DNA from: Defluviitaleaceae bacterium
Lineage (GTDB): Bacteria; Bacillota_I; Bacilli_A; MOL361; Turicibacteraceae
Length of the DNA stretch: 24,000 nucleotides
Assembly: GCA_009778135.1 (NCBI GenBank)
Contig: WRKJ01000106.1
Coordinates: 31,835 to 55,834 of the forward strand
Direction of reading: 5' to 3'
In this document: one piece after another, positions 23,923-24,000 of the stretch
Numbering within the stretch: the first letter of the stretch is position 1
Layout of the letters: each line of letters begins with the position of its first letter
Translations under genes and position numbers: made by a program
The notes under the pieces: generated by a model
Seen by the model: only the letters and a program-made list of their open reading frames with translations
The model's database searches: none
What the model was told of the DNA's origin: nothing

Positions 23923-24000
23923 ATGTTTGTAACACTAGAAGGTGTGGATGGTTCAGGAAAGACGACAGTGGCGAAAGAATTGGTCACACTGTTAGAAAAT
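23923..24000 (+). CDS. tmk: Thymidylate kinase (5' fragment, truncated by the window end)
   Basis: MFVTLEGVDGSGKTTVAKELVTLLEN is the Tmk N-terminal P-loop (xEGxDGxGKTT). RBS AAGGTGAG is at 23910-23917. Confidence 0.8.
   Translation, partial: MFVTLEGVDGSGKTTVAKELVTLLEN

Noticed and set aside
1-24000. A scan for CRISPR repeats, IS or transposon ends, integrase, phage or toxin-antitoxin genes, and defence-island signatures.
   Set aside because: I saw no periodic direct repeats, no terminal inverted repeats flanking a transposase-like ORF, and no recombinase, nuclease or defence-type domains. The only non-housekeeping insertion-like unit is the lipoprotein/permease cassette, which has no mobility genes.

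Overview
This window looks like chromosomal core DNA from a low-GC Gram-positive (Bacillota-type) organism. Evidence for that is AGGAGG-type RBSs, sigma-A TTGACA/TATAAT promoters, a ylxM-ffh pair and a ysnA/ysnB-like pair. Nearly all genes are on the + strand. I saw no rRNA, tRNA, CRISPR array, transposase, integrase or phage gene.

Layout:
(1) 1-10.5 kb: one long acetyl-CoA carboxylase plus type II fatty-acid synthesis operon, accB-accC-accD-accA-fabH-fabK-[second NMO-family flavoprotein]-fabD-fabG-fabF-fabZ, closed by a strong intrinsic terminator. It contains no acpP and no FapR/FabT-type regulator.
(2) 10.6-13.3 kb: a self-contained two-gene unit with a consensus promoter, an upstream inverted repeat and a terminator. 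It encodes an uncharacterised lipoprotein and a MacB/FtsX-type permease, with no ABC ATPase.
(3) 13.3-16.4 kb: an HTH-less (group I) biotin-protein ligase on the - strand, divergent from a dedicated bioY-ecfA-ecfT (BioYMN-type) biotin ECF transporter.
(4) 16.5-16.63 kb: a promoter-to-terminator mini-unit that would give an ~80-nt RNA with a C-rich loop.
(5) 16.7-23.3 kb: ylxM-ffh, a membrane-embedded MutS-domain-V ATPase, a small TM-PASTA protein, folC, rdgB (ITPase) and a YsnB/YfcE-type phosphoesterase.
(6) 23.3-24.0 kb: a His-rich secreted protein on the - strand, then the 5' end of tmk.

Most worth follow-up:
- The second FabK paralog carries a C-x2-C-x3-C-x7-C motif and is a FabX-like dehydrogenase/isomerase candidate.
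- The ATPase-less lipoprotein plus FtsX-permease cassette.
- The membrane MutS-like ATPase directly downstream of ffh.
- The C-rich-loop sRNA candidate.

All functional calls rest on motifs read by eye from the translations. No database search was possible.
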